Assembly (NCBI GenBank): GCA_963702845.1
Contig: OY969763.1
Coordinates: 1,920,001-1,984,000 of the forward strand
Origin: an uncultured Verrucomicrobiae bacterium
GTDB taxonomy: Bacteria > Verrucomicrobiota > Verrucomicrobiia > Limisphaerales > Palsa-1400
Direction: 5' to 3'
DNA length: 64,000 nt
The notes beneath the pieces were generated by a model. It had not been told where the DNA came from. It worked only from the letters and a program-made list of their open reading frames with translations, and ran no database searches. Made by a program: the position numbers and the translations under genes. Positions 63,105-64,000 of this stretch are shown piece after piece (within the stretch, counting starts at the first letter, position 1; every line of letters starts with the position of its first letter).

Positions 63105-64000
63105 TCAGGCAGCCACCGTTTCAGCGGTTTTCAGGTCTTTGATCTCCTTTTTAAGCTTATTGAATTCTTCGATCTCGTTTTTAAGTAATTCCAAGCCCGG
63201 TTTTTTCCCGCCGAAATCGTCGCTATGCAAATGACCTTCCATGAATCTTGAAAGCGATCCGATCTTATCCCTTACTCGAATGAACACACACTTATCGAGA
63301 ACGACCCTCTCCAGAATATTCGGCCGTGTCCTTTCCTGGAATCGCTCGACCACTCCACCAAACAAATCGTAGATTATGAGGGCTTCGTAGGAGGTCCTCA
63401 ACGCCGCGAAACCTGCTTTAAGCGAGTGTTCTTGCGATTGTGGGTCTGCAGTTTTGGCGTCTTCCAAATGCATCTTTGCAAACTTATCACTTTTGTAATC
63501 CTTTTCGGATGCCGGCGAATTATTGAGGTAAATCTGTCCGGGCCGACTGGATTCGTCCTGTTTGTATATCCAGTGAACCATTGTATCCAGACCGAGTGAA
63601 TCGGCAAACTCCCGAAGCAGAAAAACGAAATGAAGGTCGTGGGTGAAAATGATCGTTTGGCGAGTTTCGGCCTCTGAAACAAGGCGCTTTGCCACATCTT
63701 CTTTCCATTCAATATCCAGTGAGGTGACGGGGTCATCCAGAACGATTCCGCAAGAGGACTCGTCCAGCGCTACCTCTGTTAAGAAATCTGCCAGGGAAGC
63801 AATTCGCTTTTCGCCCTCACTCAGAATGCGCGTCGCCGCGTATTCGCCTTTATACACAACCAGCTGCTTCAAAGGGGTCCCTTTAGTGTTCGACGTTTTT
63901 ATTTCGACCGGCAACGGTCGACCCAATTCGCGCAAGTTGTCCTTGAATAAACCGACATACTTCTTGGCGACCAGATCACCGAACAAGGCCTTTTGAAAAA
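63105..64000 (-). CDS. C-terminal part of an RloC-like ABC/SMC ATPase with possible HEPN tail (partial)
   Basis: LSEGEKR signature, VLDDPVTSLD Walker B, FTHD, RFMEGH. Frame is open to the window edge. Confidence 0.8.
   Translation of the reverse strand, partial: FQKALFGDLVAKKYVGLFKDNLRELGRPLPVEIKTSNTKGTPLKQLVVYKGEYAATRILSEGEKRIASLADFLTEVALDESSCGIVLDDPVTSLDIEWKEDVAKRLVSEAETRQTIIFTHDLHFVFLLREFADSLGLDTMVHWIYKQDESSRPGQIYLNNSPASEKDYKSDKFAKMHLEDAKTADPQSQEHSLKAGFAALRTSYEALIIYDLFGGVVERFQERTRPNILERVVLDKCVFIRVRDKIGSLSRFMEGHLHSDDFGGKKPGLELLKNEIEEFNKLKKEIKDLKTAETVAA

Noticed and set aside
1..64000. CRISPR array, integron attC array, tRNA or rRNA
   Set aside because: No regularly spaced repeats, integron integrase or recognisable structural RNA seen by eye; a covariance-model search was not possible.

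Overview
This is an accessory or genomic-island window with no core housekeeping operon, rRNA, tRNA or CRISPR array. The host is probably a PVC-superphylum bacterium, most likely Verrucomicrobiota (inferred from a [13 protein letters not shown]...H-x9-DG prepilin-like gene, a C-terminal CxxC-CPHC membrane protein and a KRKMSPEGRAKIAAA basic protein). Left to right: (1) the start of a ubiquitin-like operon running off the left edge, then orphan genes; (2) a ~16 kb envelope cluster (5.1-20.8 kb) centred on a signal-peptide-bearing, double-glycine-leader, Cys-rich peptide, with one intact and one degenerate membrane-anchored C39 peptidase, two exported paralogues, an alpha/alpha-toroid protein, two degenerate S9-like peptidases, an O-antigen-ligase-family gene, an orphan MurG-like enzyme, a Sel1 protein and a prepilin-like gene; (3) a TIM-barrel-GAF-histidine kinase, a receiver protein and an HD hydrolase whose core is replaced by an IS3 element; (4) a defence hotspot with an Mrr-like nuclease, a C5 methylase, a CapP/CapH-like regulator pair, a Ubl + Cys-less E2 + JAB-E1 operon, and a CD-NTase(AGS-C) + SLATT CBASS; (5) repeated decayed backbone fragments of one integrative-element family; (6) a Sec-signal Rhs locus with Ig, HEAT and LamG accessory genes and a candidate immunity lipoprotein; (7) peptidases, an ankyrin protein, DUF4238 and an RloC-like ATPase running off the right edge. 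At least seven otherwise intact genes carry single-base frameshifts that may be consensus errors. All family calls come from motif recognition by eye, without database searches.
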